Positions 7,227 to 16,703 of a DNA stretch of 56,803 bases are shown piece by piece. Below the pieces are notes generated by a model that saw nothing but the letters and a program-made list of their open reading frames with translations, was not told the DNA's origin and made no database searches. Each line of letters opens with the position of its first letter. Position 1 is the first letter of the stretch. This stretch comes from Candidatus Omnitrophota bacterium (GTDB lineage: Bacteria; Omnitrophota; Gorgyraeia; JAGLLT01), in the NCBI GenBank assembly GCA_023140385.1, contig JAGLLT010000015.1:1-56803 (forward strand), in the 5' to 3' direction. A program made the position numbers and the translations under genes.

Positions 7227-8042
7227 ATGTACGAGGAATATTGGGGCTTTAAAGAGAAGCCATTTCAGAATACACCCGATCCGCGTTTTTTCTATAAATC
7301 CGCTGAACATGAAGATGCCTTGATGAAAATGCTTTATGTGGTTGAAGAGGGATTGGGAGGAGGAGTGCTTACAGGTGTATTTGGCTGTGGGAAAACGGTT
7401 GTTAGTCAGGCCCTTTTGGAGAAACTTCCCAGTGATAAGTATAAAATAGCAGTTATTACCAATCCCCAACTTGAATATGTAGACCTTCTCAGAGCTATTG
7501 TACGTAATTTAAAAAGTGTGAAACTGCCTGTTAAAAAAACCGAACTTTCCGCGGATTCTTTGTTAGAAATTTTGGGAAATATATTGGAAAACAATGATAG
7601 AGATGGAAGAGAGACGGTAATTGTTATTGATGAAGCTCATATCATAAGGGACGAAAGTATATTTGAAGCACTGCGACTTTTATTGAATTTCCAAAAGAAA
7701 GATAAATTTTTATTAACGTTACTTCTTTTTGGCCAGCCGGAATTGAAACAGAGAATTGAGGATAATAAACAGTTAGAGCAAAGGATTGCTGTAAAAAGCC
7801 ACTTAGAAGCTTTTGGCCAGCAAGATACCCGCAATTATATAATCCATCGGCTTCGTGTAGTTCAAGGAGCGGATACTGTCTTTGACGAAAACGTTTTTGA
7901 GATAATTCATAATCGTTCCGGCGGCATTCCCAGGAGGATAAATCGAATTTGTGACTTAAGTCTTTTAATAGGATCGAGTAAGGACGCAAAGAGCATTGAT
8001 GAAGAGACGGTAGAAGAAAGTCTGCAAACGTTGAAGGACTAA
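7227..8042 (+). CDS. ExeA/GspA-like AAA ATPase (PEP-CTERM-locus secretion ATPase type), copy 1
   Basis: PF-NTPDPRFFY N-terminal motif, Walker A GVFGCGKT, Walker B VIVIDEAH, GQPEL, GGIPRRIN. It is collinear with the 271-aa paralog at 40716-41531. Confidence 0.8.
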   Translation: MYEEYWGFKEKPFQNTPDPRFFYKSAEHEDALMKMLYVVEEGLGGGVLTGVFGCGKTVVSQALLEKLPSDKYKIAVITNPQLEYVDLLRAIVRNLKSVKLPVKKTELSADSLLEILGNILENNDRDGRETVIVIDEAHIIRDESIFEALRLLLNFQKKDKFLLTLLLFGQPELKQRIEDNKQLEQRIAVKSHLEAFGQQDTRNYIIHRLRVVQGADTVFDENVFEIIHNRSGGIPRRINRICDLSLLIGSSKDAKSIDEETVEESLQTLKD

Positions 8043-8064
8043 TCCGGTTTTTATTGGAATTATA

Positions 8065-10008
8065 ATGAAAAAACATGATATAATAGAGGAAAAAATGGGT
8101 GATTCACGAAAATATATGATTAGATTTATCGCGGTTATAGTATCTTTAATAACCTTGTTTTGTCCTATTATTGAGGCGCAGGCGGGGAGTATTTTTGATT
8201 TCTTCCGCCGAGATAAAGAAAAAGCGTCCGGGAAGGAAAGGCGGAAGGAAGAAGTTCTTTCTCTGCCTCAGGCTTATATAGTAAAGGAAGAAGTTCTTTC
8301 TCTGCCCCGGGTTTATATAGTAAAAGAAGGAGATTCACTTTCAACAATAGCAAGGAGATTTTATGGAGAGGTATCTAACTGGACTCTAATCTATGAGGCA
8401 AATAAGGATAAGATAAATGACCCCAACAGAATAGAACGGGGCATTGAGTTAACTATTCCAGCCCCGGAAACGGAAGAAGTGGAAGCTTTTCGGATTGAAC
8501 TTCTTTATCAGCAAGCTAAAGAAAATTTTGTCCAAGAAGAATACCCCGCCGCTATAGTAAAATTTGCTGAAGTAATTGAACTGGAAAAAGGCCTTTATCA
8601 TATCTACACAGCCTCCGCCCGGGAATATATCCTGCAGGCCGGGGATGAAATTAAGGAGCGCGAAGCAAGAGAGGCGCGGGCGCAAAGGCAAGCTGAAGAA
8701 AAGCGAAAGAGAGAACAAGAGGAGTTTGTCAAAAGAGCGGAAGAGGAAAGGCTAAGAAGAGAGGTTGAAAAAAGAAAAAAATTAGCTCAAGCGGAGTTGG
8801 CATATAAAGAAGCGGAAGAAAGCTTTTTGGAAGCCAAGGCTAAATTTGAAAAGGCCGCGGACTTAGAGAAAGAGGCTAAAGATGATGCCCGAGCCTCCCA
8901 AGTAAAAGCTTATTATCAGCAAGCTAAAGAAAATTTTGTCCAAGAAGAATACCCCGCCGCTATAGTAAAATTCGCTGAAGTCATTGAACTGGAAAAAGGC
9001 CTTTATCATATTTACACAGCCTCCGCCCGGGAATATATCCGGCAGGCCCGGGAGGAAATTAAGGAGCGCGAAGCAAGAGAGGCGCGGGCGCAAAGGCAAG
9101 CTGAAGAAAAGCGAAAGAGAGAACAAGAGGAGTTTGTCAAAAGAGCGGAAGAGGAAAGGTTAAGAAGAGAGGTTGAAAAAAGAAAAAAATTAGCTCAAGC
9201 GGAGTTGGCATATAAAGAAGCGGAAGAAAGTTTTTTGGAAGCCAAAGCTAAATTTGAAAAGGCCGCGGACTTAGAGAAAGACATAGAGGCCGCTTCCGCG
9301 GCAAAGGTTGTTGAGGAGCGCGGAGATTACTTGGCTCGAAAAGGAGAGAAGGCGCAATTAAACTTAAGCCCTAAGAGTAAATCGAAAGATAAAGAGGCCA
9401 TAGTAAACAATAAAATAGAAACTCCCGGGGTTTTTGAGTACACCATTGGAGAGGGAGATACATTATACGTGTGTATTTGGCAAGAGGAAAATCTAAACCG
9501 GGAAGTAATTGTTCGGCCCGACGGGAAAATATCTTTTTCTTTAGCTGGAGATGTGCCGGCGGCCGGATTGACCTTTGACCAGTTAAAAGAGGAGCTTACT
9601 CAAAGACTCAAAGAGTACATTAAATACCCCGTAGTCTCTTTGTCTCTTAAGCAGTTGGGCGGGAAAAAGGTTATTATTTTAGGAGAAGTAGGAAGCCCCG
9701 GAGTTTATTCTGTTACAGGTAAGAGTACTGTATTGGAGGCAATTAGTAAGGCGGGCGGTTTTACGCCGGATGCTGTTTCTGCCAGCACCATACTTATTAA
9801 AGGGGGATTGCAAAATCCTCAAGGCATCAGACTTAATTTAAAGCGTGCCGTTACTAAAGCTGATATGAGTCAAAATGTCATTTTGCAATCAGAAGATATT
9901 ATCTATGTGCCTAAAAAATTTATAGCCAATCTCAACTACACCTTATCTCAGATTCTCGGCCCTATTACTCAGGGCGCCGGCGCTTCTAGAAATTTACAGG
10001 ATTGGTAA
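8065..10008 (+). CDS. Polysaccharide export protein (Wza/Poly_export + SLBB-like C-terminus) with an N-terminal LysM domain and a duplicated charged coiled-coil region
   Basis: Signal/anchor segment FIAVIVSLITLFCPIIEA. LysM-like YIVKEGDSLSTIARRFYG...WTLIYEANKDKINDPNRIERGIELTIP. C-terminal YTIGEGDTLYVCIW...RPDGKISFSLAGDVPAAGLTFDQLKEEL and ILGEVGSPGVYSV, typical of Poly_export/SLBB. Confidence 0.8.
   Translation: MKKHDIIEEKMGDSRKYMIRFIAVIVSLITLFCPIIEAQAGSIFDFFRRDKEKASGKERRKEEVLSLPQAYIVKEEVLSLPRVYIVKEGDSLSTIARRFYGEVSNWTLIYEANKDKINDPNRIERGIELTIPAPETEEVEAFRIELLYQQAKENFVQEEYPAAIVKFAEVIELEKGLYHIYTASAREYILQAGDEIKEREAREARAQRQAEEKRKREQEEFVKRAEEERLRREVEKRKKLAQAELAYKEAEESFLEAKAKFEKAADLEKEAKDDARASQVKAYYQQAKENFVQEEYPAAIVKFAEVIELEKGLYHIYTASAREYIRQAREEIKEREAREARAQRQAEEKRKREQEEFVKRAEEERLRREVEKRKKLAQAELAYKEAEESFLEAKAKFEKAADLEKDIEAASAAKVVEERGDYLARKGEKAQLNLSPKSKSKDKEAIVNNKIETPGVFEYTIGEGDTLYVCIWQEENLNREVIVRPDGKISFSLAGDVPAAGLTFDQLKEELTQRLKEYIKYPVVSLSLKQLGGKKVIILGEVGSPGVYSVTGKSTVLEAISKAGGFTPDAVSASTILIKGGLQNPQGIRLNLKRAVTKADMSQNVILQSEDIIYVPKKFIANLNYTLSQILGPITQGAGASRNLQDW
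8248..8325 (+). repeat. Tandem 39-nt (13-aa) in-frame duplication inside the export gene
   Basis: GAAGAAGTTCTTTCTCTGCC... occurs at 8248 and again at 8287, encoding EEVLSLPQAYIVK / EEVLSLPRVYIVK. Confidence 0.85.
8506..9281 (+). repeat. Near-identical direct duplication: two 368-nt units at 8506-8873 and 8914-9281, offset 408 nt (136 codons), in frame inside the export gene
   Basis: Aligned by eye, with about nine substitutions between the copies. Both encode YQQAKENFVQEEYPAAIVKFAEVIELEKGLYHIYTASAREYI...EKRKKLAQAELAYKEAEESFLEAKAKFEKAADLEK. Confidence 0.9.
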
Positions 10009-10029
10009 GGTTAAGAAAAGGAGATACTT

Positions 10030-11982
10030 TTGCCGGAATATGAATTAAATTTAAGAGATTATTTAAGAATTTTCCATAAGAGGAAATTCCTTATAGTTAC
10101 AACGTTTCTTGTTATAACCATAGGTAATATATTTTATCTTTCCATGCAGCCGTCTGTATATAAAGCCTCCACTACTGTTAAAATATTGGAGCGTCAAAGT
10201 ATAGCAGGTTTACTTACTGAATGGATTGTTTATAGCCCGGCGGATATAATGGAATCTCAAGCTAAAATAATAAATGGGTATCCTATTATGAAGAGGGTGG
10301 CCTTGCGCCTTAGCTTAATAGATGATAGCACCCCTATTCAAGAAGTTTATAACGTGGTGGCAAATTTACAGAGCAGGATAACCGCTGAGACAATTGAACG
10401 GACAAACATTATTGAAATTACCGCCTCCGCGGGCAATGCTAAAGAAGCTATGAATTTAGCTAACGCGGTTGCTCATCTTTATGTAGAAGAAAATTTATCA
10501 GAGAAAAAAAAGCAAGCCGGCGCCGCGCGCCAATTTATTGAGGAGCAATTATCTCAGTTAGAAGTAAGGTTAAGAGAAGGAGAGGCGCATCTGAGGGGCT
10601 TAGATGAAGGAGCAAAGAATGTTAAGCTGGCTGAACCCATTCAGAAAAAATTGATAGACTTAGAGTTTGAGCTGACTTCCCTTTTACAAAAATATACCGA
10701 TAAACATCCTTACGTAATGCGGCTTAATGAACAGATTAAGAATTTGGAAGAACATCTGAAAGGATTTTCCGGTCAGGAATTGGAATATGCCAGATTTATT
10801 CGCGAGGGTGAAGTTAACAAAAAACTCTATGGCATACTTAAAGAAAAACTTGAAGAGGCGCGTATTACCGAAGCCAGGAAGATAGGCGATGTTTCTATAG
10901 TTGACCCGGCGTTTATGCCCCGTTCTCCTGTATCTCCGCAGAAAGAATTAGGCGCGCTTATAGGCGGAGTGGTGGCGCTGGTGTTAGGTATTTTCCTTGC
11001 TTTTTTATCTGAATCTTTAGATGCTTCTATTGGGACCATAGAGGACGTAGAAAAAGAGGTTAAACTTCCTGTTTTAGGAATTATCCCTTCTGTTTCGCGC
11101 GAACTTAAGAAAGAAGAAAAAATTTTTACAAAATTTATGAGGAAAATTTCACCCCTTACAAAAAAAGATGACAATGAAGAGATTTATGTACGTTTAATTG
11201 TTCATCATGAACCTAAATCTCCCGTAGCTGACGCTTACCGTAATATTCGTACCAATCTTAGGCTTAATCCATCCCAAAAAACCATTCTTGTTACAAGCGC
11301 CGCGCCCCGTGAAGGCAAGACCACAACTCTGACAAATTTGGGTTTAGCTATAGCTCAAAAAGGGATAAAAACGCTCCTGGTTTCTTCTGACCTGAGGCGG
11401 CCGGTATTGGCAAAAAGTTTTGGTATGCAGAAAGAACCCGGGCTAAATGAAGTTGTATCCGGCGCGGTAACATTGGAAGATGCTATCAGGGGCATTTCAG
11501 ATATTATGCTGGGAGATATGGGGTTTGAAGAAATAATGAAATCCCCTGGAATTGAAAATATATATATTCTTCCCTCCGGATATATACCTTCTAATCCCGC
11601 GGAAATCTTAGAGTCCGCGGAGTTTGCGAAAATAGTAGAAGAACTTAAAAAGAAATTTGATGTTATCATCTTTGATTCTCCTCCCGTACTCCCTGTAACT
11701 GATGCCAGTTTATTGGCTTCTAAAGTGGACAGTGTTGTTTTGTGTTATGAGATTGGCAGGACCGCCAGAGCCGCTCTTGTACGGGCCAAAACTCAGTTAG
11801 AGTCGGTAGGCGCTAAAATTTCAGGGGTGGTATTAAATCACATCACGCCCCAGACTGAGGCAATGGCGCCCTACCCTTATTATTACAGATACAAATATAG
11901 ATATGATACGGAGGAAAAGAAGGCAGGGAAGAAACTTAAAACCGGCAAGGGAAAAGAATCGCCCCAGGAAGATAGAGTATAG
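10030..11982 (+). CDS. Chain-length determinant (Wzz) fused to a BY-type tyrosine autokinase (Wzc/EpsB-like)
   Basis: N-terminal TM plus a Wzz-like region with coiled coil and a second TM (LIGGVVALVLGIFLAFL). Walker A SAAPREGKTTT, Walker A' LLVSSDLRRP, Walker B VIIFDSPP. C-terminal Tyr cluster YPYYYRYKYRY at nt 11872-11904. Confidence 0.85.
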   Translation: MPEYELNLRDYLRIFHKRKFLIVTTFLVITIGNIFYLSMQPSVYKASTTVKILERQSIAGLLTEWIVYSPADIMESQAKIINGYPIMKRVALRLSLIDDSTPIQEVYNVVANLQSRITAETIERTNIIEITASAGNAKEAMNLANAVAHLYVEENLSEKKKQAGAARQFIEEQLSQLEVRLREGEAHLRGLDEGAKNVKLAEPIQKKLIDLEFELTSLLQKYTDKHPYVMRLNEQIKNLEEHLKGFSGQELEYARFIREGEVNKKLYGILKEKLEEARITEARKIGDVSIVDPAFMPRSPVSPQKELGALIGGVVALVLGIFLAFLSESLDASIGTIEDVEKEVKLPVLGIIPSVSRELKKEEKIFTKFMRKISPLTKKDDNEEIYVRLIVHHEPKSPVADAYRNIRTNLRLNPSQKTILVTSAAPREGKTTTLTNLGLAIAQKGIKTLLVSSDLRRPVLAKSFGMQKEPGLNEVVSGAVTLEDAIRGISDIMLGDMGFEEIMKSPGIENIYILPSGYIPSNPAEILESAEFAKIVEELKKKFDVIIFDSPPVLPVTDASLLASKVDSVVLCYEIGRTARAALVRAKTQLESVGAKISGVVLNHITPQTEAMAPYPYYYRYKYRYDTEEKKAGKKLKTGKGKESPQEDRV

Positions 11983-12009
11983 AATTTTATTATTGAACTA
12001 TGGATTTCA

Positions 12010-12282
12010 GTGGTGACGAGTTGTTGGGGAGTTCTCAAATTGTATTTTATCATAGTTGTTATTTTCTTGACTTTATTTTTTTGGCTGGGAAAGTTGGTCT
12101 TGAAACCCACTACAAAAGGAATGAAGCTTCTGTTGATAGTAAGCGGAATTTCTGTCCTGTTTATTGCTTCCTTAGGTGTATTTAGCCGTCACTATAAAGG
12201 AATCAATCCCCTCGCTTTAATTTTAATTTTAATGATCGGTTTTGTTTTAGTAATACTTTATAACATTAGGCGCTTACGCTAA
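12010..12282 (+). CDS. Small hydrophobic membrane protein (start uncertain)
   Basis: 90-aa ORF with three hydrophobic segments, filling the gap between the kinase and polymerase genes. No recognisable family. Confidence 0.35.
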   Translation: MVTSCWGVLKLYFIIVVIFLTLFFWLGKLVLKPTTKGMKLLLIVSGISVLFIASLGVFSRHYKGINPLALILILMIGFVLVILYNIRRLR

Positions 12283-12288
12283 AGAAAG

Positions 12289-13674
12289 ATGTATATGCTC
12301 AAAAAGAACGGACAGGTTGTATTTGGCGTTGTGGTTTCTTTGTTATTACTTGTTTTTATAGCGTTCATAACCTCCGCCAAGCTGCCTCTGCAAACTATTT
12401 ACATTATTTTTCTTATAGCGCCCCTTGTATTTATTATTACTTTTCTCAATACAGATGTGGCATTAATTATATTAATTTTTTCTATGCTCCTTTCGCCTGA
12501 ACTTAAGATAGCCGAAATTCCTCAAAGAGTGGTGGTGATGCGCGTAGATGATATTCTACTTATTGTGGTTTTCTTTAGCTGGTTGGCTAAGATGGCTATA
12601 AACAAAAGATTAGGACTTTTAAGGCGTACCCCTATTAATTTATTAATAATTGCTTATATTTCAGTTTGCCTTCTCTCAACCGGTATAGGGATATTTGTTG
12701 GCCATATCCAACCTTCAAAAAGTTTTTTTTACATTTTAAAATATGCCGAGTACTTTATGCTTTATTTCTTGGTAATTAACAATATACGGAACAAAAAACA
12801 GATAAAGACCTTTATGACGGCTTTCTTTATAGTATGCGGCATAACTTGCACTTATGCTATGGTAACGCTTGGGAAATTTGAGAGGGCTACCGCGCCTTTT
12901 GAGGGCATATGCGGCGAGCCCAATACACTGGGAGCGTATTTAATTCTTTTGATAGCCATGTGTATAGGTTTTATTTTATACAGTCCATTATCAACCTGGC
13001 GATTTTCTTCAGGGGCCCTGGCATGCCTTACAGTTATTACCTTTTTATTTACGCTTTCAAGGGGAAGTTATCTTGGTTTTGTTTTTATGTATTTAGCTAT
13101 TATCGTATTAAATAAAAGGAAGAGGCTTGTGCTTATAGGGATGTTAATATTGGCTATTTTTATCCTTCCTGTTATTTTACCGAGCAGGGTAACCGGCCGG
13201 ATAACGGAAACATTTGTTCCCGGCAAGGTGTATAGGCCTTTGGGAAGGCGTATTGTCGTGGATGAATCAACGTCTGCCCGCATTGAGAGCTGGAGTACCG
13301 TCTTTGAGAAGTGGAAAAAGCGTCCAATTTTGGGTTATGGAGTTACGGGTGTGGGCTTTCTTGATACCCAATATCCCCGTGTGCTGGGAGAGGTAGGTGT
13401 CGTAGGCTTTTTTATATTTGTGTGGCTGATGGTAACAATCTTCAGACATGGTTTATACGTTTTTAATAATACAGAAGACGATTGGGCCCGCGGATTAACT
13501 TTGGGATTCTTAGCCGGATTTGTCGGCTTGCTTATTCATGCTTTTAGCGCCAGCACTTTTATTATCGTGCGTATTATGGAGCCCTTTTGGTTTTTTGCAG
13601 CCATAGTGATGGTCTTGCCGCGGGTGGTTAAAATGAAAAGTCCTGAAAGAGAAATGACTATAGACGCGACATGA
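12289..13674 (+). CDS. O-antigen ligase / Wzy_C-domain polymerase-like membrane protein
   Basis: More than 10 hydrophobic helices. TLSRGSYLGFVF and a periplasmic-loop region followed by GYGVTGVGF, typical of Wzy_C family proteins. Confidence 0.7.
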   Translation: MYMLKKNGQVVFGVVVSLLLLVFIAFITSAKLPLQTIYIIFLIAPLVFIITFLNTDVALIILIFSMLLSPELKIAEIPQRVVVMRVDDILLIVVFFSWLAKMAINKRLGLLRRTPINLLIIAYISVCLLSTGIGIFVGHIQPSKSFFYILKYAEYFMLYFLVINNIRNKKQIKTFMTAFFIVCGITCTYAMVTLGKFERATAPFEGICGEPNTLGAYLILLIAMCIGFILYSPLSTWRFSSGALACLTVITFLFTLSRGSYLGFVFMYLAIIVLNKRKRLVLIGMLILAIFILPVILPSRVTGRITETFVPGKVYRPLGRRIVVDESTSARIESWSTVFEKWKKRPILGYGVTGVGFLDTQYPRVLGEVGVVGFFIFVWLMVTIFRHGLYVFNNTEDDWARGLTLGFLAGFVGLLIHAFSASTFIIVRIMEPFWFFAAIVMVLPRVVKMKSPEREMTIDAT

Positions 13675-13732
13675 AGAACAGGTTAAGTGGTTTTGATAAT
13701 ATTTATAGATAGAGAGTGATAGGAAATTTTAT

Positions 13733-15487
13733 ATGAGAGCTATAATTTTAGCCGCGGGCCGGGGAACCAGAATTGGATTAAGAAATTTACCCAAGTGTTT
13801 ACTTAAAATTGGCGGTAAGACTATTTTAGCCAAACAGGTTGAAGCCTTAAAGTCCATAGGTATAAAAGATATAACCGTAGTTTGCGGAAAAGATGAGGGG
13901 ATGTGGTCAGGGGAGAATATAAGGAAGATTCGGCGGGTAAGCTCTAAGATTATCTTTAACAAAGATTTTATGAGCACTCAAAGCCCGCATAGCCTATATC
14001 TGGCTCTAAAAGGGAGAAAACCGCAATCCCTTTTAATAATTGACGGTGATTTAATTTTTGAATCCAGAGTTTTGGAACTTTTATCCGATACCGCGAGAAA
14101 GAGTGTAATTTTGGCGCAAAGGCCGGAAGGCCTTGGCGGCAGCGGGGTTATTCTAAAGGCGGATAGAGACTTTGGTTTTTTGTTAAAGAGGATAGGCGGT
14201 GATATTATCTCCGGCTTTGTCTACGCCGGATTAATGCGTCTTGATAAGAAAGATTATCGTGCTTTTGAATGTAAGCTTAAAACGAAAAAATATAACAATT
14301 CAATCCTGGCCAAATTATTGCAGGATGTAGCGAGTGAAAGAAAAATATGCTGTATTAAGTTGGTAAATAGGGGGGGCAAAAAGGAATCGCTGGAATTAGG
14401 CTTGATGCCCGGAGGTTCTTTGTCCCGCACTACCAAGATGATAAGGAAGCAAAAAAGAAAAGCGGTAGTCAGGAAAGAATCAAAGGTTTTGGGTGAAGAT
14501 AAGTTAGCCGCGGAGATTAAATGGATAAACCGCCTTCCTGAGAAGTTGCAGAAACATTTCCCCCAAATTCTTAATTTCTATATAAGCAAAGAGCCTACTT
14601 ATTTTGAGATGCCCTATTATGATATGCCTGCCCTAAGGAACCTTTTATTAAACGGTAAGATAAAAGCGGGTAAAGCTTTGAAAACAATAGAAAAAATTTT
14701 AGATTTTATGTTCAGAGAAGTGTACTGCTTGGATAATAAGCCTGCCCTGGAAAGTTATGTCATAGAAAGGCACTTAAAAAGAATTTATGAACGTCTTATA
14801 CAAACTTATCAAGAGGTGGGTATATTCAGAGATATCATTGATGCCCCCTATATTCAGATAAATGGCAAAAAATATAAGAATATTATACCGCTTACCAAGG
14901 AAATGAGCGGTAATCCGGGATTTATTAAGTGGCTAATGCCTCCTTTTACGTGCAAAGTTCATGGGGACTTACACTTTGATAATATATTAATAGGAGAAAA
15001 GGGGAATTTTGTTCTTGTTGACCCCAGGGGCGATGATTTAGATATAACCTACGATATGGGAAAAATATGGCATTCTTGCCATGGATTATATGATTTTATA
15101 CATATGGGAAAATTTCATTTGACAAAGAAGCGGGCCAATATTACTTATAAAATTAAATCCTCTCCCGCCATACTTGAATATAGAAAGATTTACCGGGCAC
15201 TGCCTGAAATCATATTAAAATATAGACAAGTTAAAGCTGATTCTTTGTTTCTAACCAGGGCATTTTTTGCCGAAGCCGCGCATTTTTCAAGCGTTATACC
15301 TTTTCAGATTAAGAATGACGGGAAAGAGAAAATAGCCTTGGCTTGTTACGCTGTTGGGGTGGAGTTTCTAAACAATATTTATAACGTTTGGTTAAGCGGG
15401 GTAAAAAACAAAGAAAACATAGAAGCTGATATAGTAAATATAAATACTATAAAGGATTACGAAAGAGCGAAGGTGGTATTTAAGTGA
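13733..15487 (+). CDS. Bifunctional nucleotidyltransferase (N-terminal) / APH-choline-kinase-like phosphotransferase (C-terminal)
   Basis: N-terminus MRAIILAAGRGTRIG...LPKCLLKIGGKTIL (sugar/alcohol-phosphate nucleotidyltransferase signature). C-terminus VHGDLHFDNILI ... LVDPRG (HxDxxxxN ... D kinase catalytic motifs). The layout resembles a LicC/LicA-type fusion. Confidence 0.75.
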   Translation: MRAIILAAGRGTRIGLRNLPKCLLKIGGKTILAKQVEALKSIGIKDITVVCGKDEGMWSGENIRKIRRVSSKIIFNKDFMSTQSPHSLYLALKGRKPQSLLIIDGDLIFESRVLELLSDTARKSVILAQRPEGLGGSGVILKADRDFGFLLKRIGGDIISGFVYAGLMRLDKKDYRAFECKLKTKKYNNSILAKLLQDVASERKICCIKLVNRGGKKESLELGLMPGGSLSRTTKMIRKQKRKAVVRKESKVLGEDKLAAEIKWINRLPEKLQKHFPQILNFYISKEPTYFEMPYYDMPALRNLLLNGKIKAGKALKTIEKILDFMFREVYCLDNKPALESYVIERHLKRIYERLIQTYQEVGIFRDIIDAPYIQINGKKYKNIIPLTKEMSGNPGFIKWLMPPFTCKVHGDLHFDNILIGEKGNFVLVDPRGDDLDITYDMGKIWHSCHGLYDFIHMGKFHLTKKRANITYKIKSSPAILEYRKIYRALPEIILKYRQVKADSLFLTRAFFAEAAHFSSVIPFQIKNDGKEKIALACYAVGVEFLNNIYNVWLSGVKNKENIEADIVNINTIKDYERAKVVFK

Positions 15488-16353
15488 GATTGTTAATCAC
15501 CGGAGCCAACGGATTTCTGGGGAAAAAACTAATTAAAGTTCTTTCTATAGAACATGAAGTTATTGGCACCTCTTCTACAAGTGCAATTCCAAGATTGACA
15601 AAGTTGGATTTAAGAAGCCCTCGTAACATAAAAAAGACGTTATTAGATATAAAACCGGATGCCATTATTCATGCCGCGGCTATAACTAATATAGGTTACT
15701 GTGAAGATAATAAGCGCCGAGCCCGGCTGGTAAATATAGAGGGAACCAAACAGTTGGCCTATATTTGTAAAGCTGAAAAAATTAAAATGTTTTATATCTC
15801 AACAGACTATGTCTTTAGCGGACAACATTCGCCGTACAGCGAAAGAAAGAAAGCTCACCCTATAAATTATTACGGCTTAACTAAATTGGAGGCAGAGGAG
15901 TCAGTAAAAAAAATTTTATCCGACTATTGTATAATCAGGCCGGCTATTTTATATGGCTACAATGATAGCCATAATAGGGGTACTTTTGTAACTCAGGTTT
16001 TAAACAGTTTGAAGGCTGGGAAAAAAATAGCTGTTGACAACTATCGCATTAAATACCCCACCTTAATTGATGATGTTGCTAAGGGTTTTTTGTGGTTATT
16101 GAAGGAGGGCAAGAAAGGAATATTTCATTTTTCTAATCACCAGTCTATGACTCGCTATCAATGGGCTTTGAAGATTGCTGAAGTTTTTGGTTACTCGCCT
16201 CATAAAATTTTAGCGGATAATTCCGGCGGGGAAAAAAGAGCTTCCATGCCTTACAAAGTGGAATTAATAAGCGCTCGCCGGCTCGCGGTTAAATTCACAA
16301 GAGTAAAAGCCGGCTTAAAAATGATTAAGTTTCAAATGGAGCAAAGTTCATGA
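15484..16353 (+). CDS. RmlD-like NAD(P)-dependent sugar reductase (dTDP-4-dehydrorhamnose reductase family)
   Basis: ITGANGFLG Rossmann motif, YISTDYVFSG, YGLTK (YxxxK). The GTGA start overlaps the upstream stop. Confidence 0.7.
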   Translation: MRLLITGANGFLGKKLIKVLSIEHEVIGTSSTSAIPRLTKLDLRSPRNIKKTLLDIKPDAIIHAAAITNIGYCEDNKRRARLVNIEGTKQLAYICKAEKIKMFYISTDYVFSGQHSPYSERKKAHPINYYGLTKLEAEESVKKILSDYCIIRPAILYGYNDSHNRGTFVTQVLNSLKAGKKIAVDNYRIKYPTLIDDVAKGFLWLLKEGKKGIFHFSNHQSMTRYQWALKIAEVFGYSPHKILADNSGGEKRASMPYKVELISARRLAVKFTRVKAGLKMIKFQMEQSS

Positions 16354-16703
16354 AGATAATTAGAAGCAATAGCATTAAACCTTCTAAGAGGCCCCTTGGA
16401 AGGCGGGTAAAAAAAATGCTTGAGCTTAAATTAAAGCCCCCTGTTGATAGTATGGCAATATACCTGAATTTTCTGCCGCAGGGGAAATTAGATAAACATT
16501 ATCATTCTAAATCACAAGAGATAATATGCTTTCCTCAGGGAGGAAGGATAAGTGTGAACGGCCGCAGATATAAAATGAATATATGGGATATGGTTCTATT
16601 AGATATAGGCGATGTTCATTGTTGCGAAAGGAAAGGTAAGAGCACCTTGCATTTTGTAATAAAAGTGCCCAACATAAAGGACAAAAAGTGTATAAAGCCG
16701 TAA
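16350..16703 (+). CDS. Cupin-domain protein
   Basis: 117 aa with H-YH-SQEII-FPQGG ... GD-VHC pattern suggestive of a cupin barrel. ATGA start/stop coupling with the upstream gene. Confidence 0.45.
   Translation: MKIIRSNSIKPSKRPLGRRVKKMLELKLKPPVDSMAIYLNFLPQGKLDKHYHSKSQEIICFPQGGRISVNGRRYKMNIWDMVLLDIGDVHCCERKGKSTLHFVIKVPNIKDKKCIKP

Noticed and set aside
8449-9126. The minus-strand ORFs 8449-8718 and 8863-9126, which look like a duplicated gene pair
   Set aside because: They are antisense shadows of the duplicated coiled-coil coding repeat in the export gene. They have low-complexity translations and no RBS or family features.
8200-9300. A possible CRISPR or non-coding tandem array, suggested by the repeated sequence
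   Set aside because: The repeats are in frame within a long ORF. They have no spacer-repeat periodicity of CRISPR size, and no cas genes are present in the window.
12000-12185. A 61-aa ORF overlapping the small membrane-protein ORF
   Set aside because: It is an alternative frame of the same region with a non-hydrophobic, featureless translation. The 12010-12282 frame gives coherent TM segments, though it is itself low confidence.
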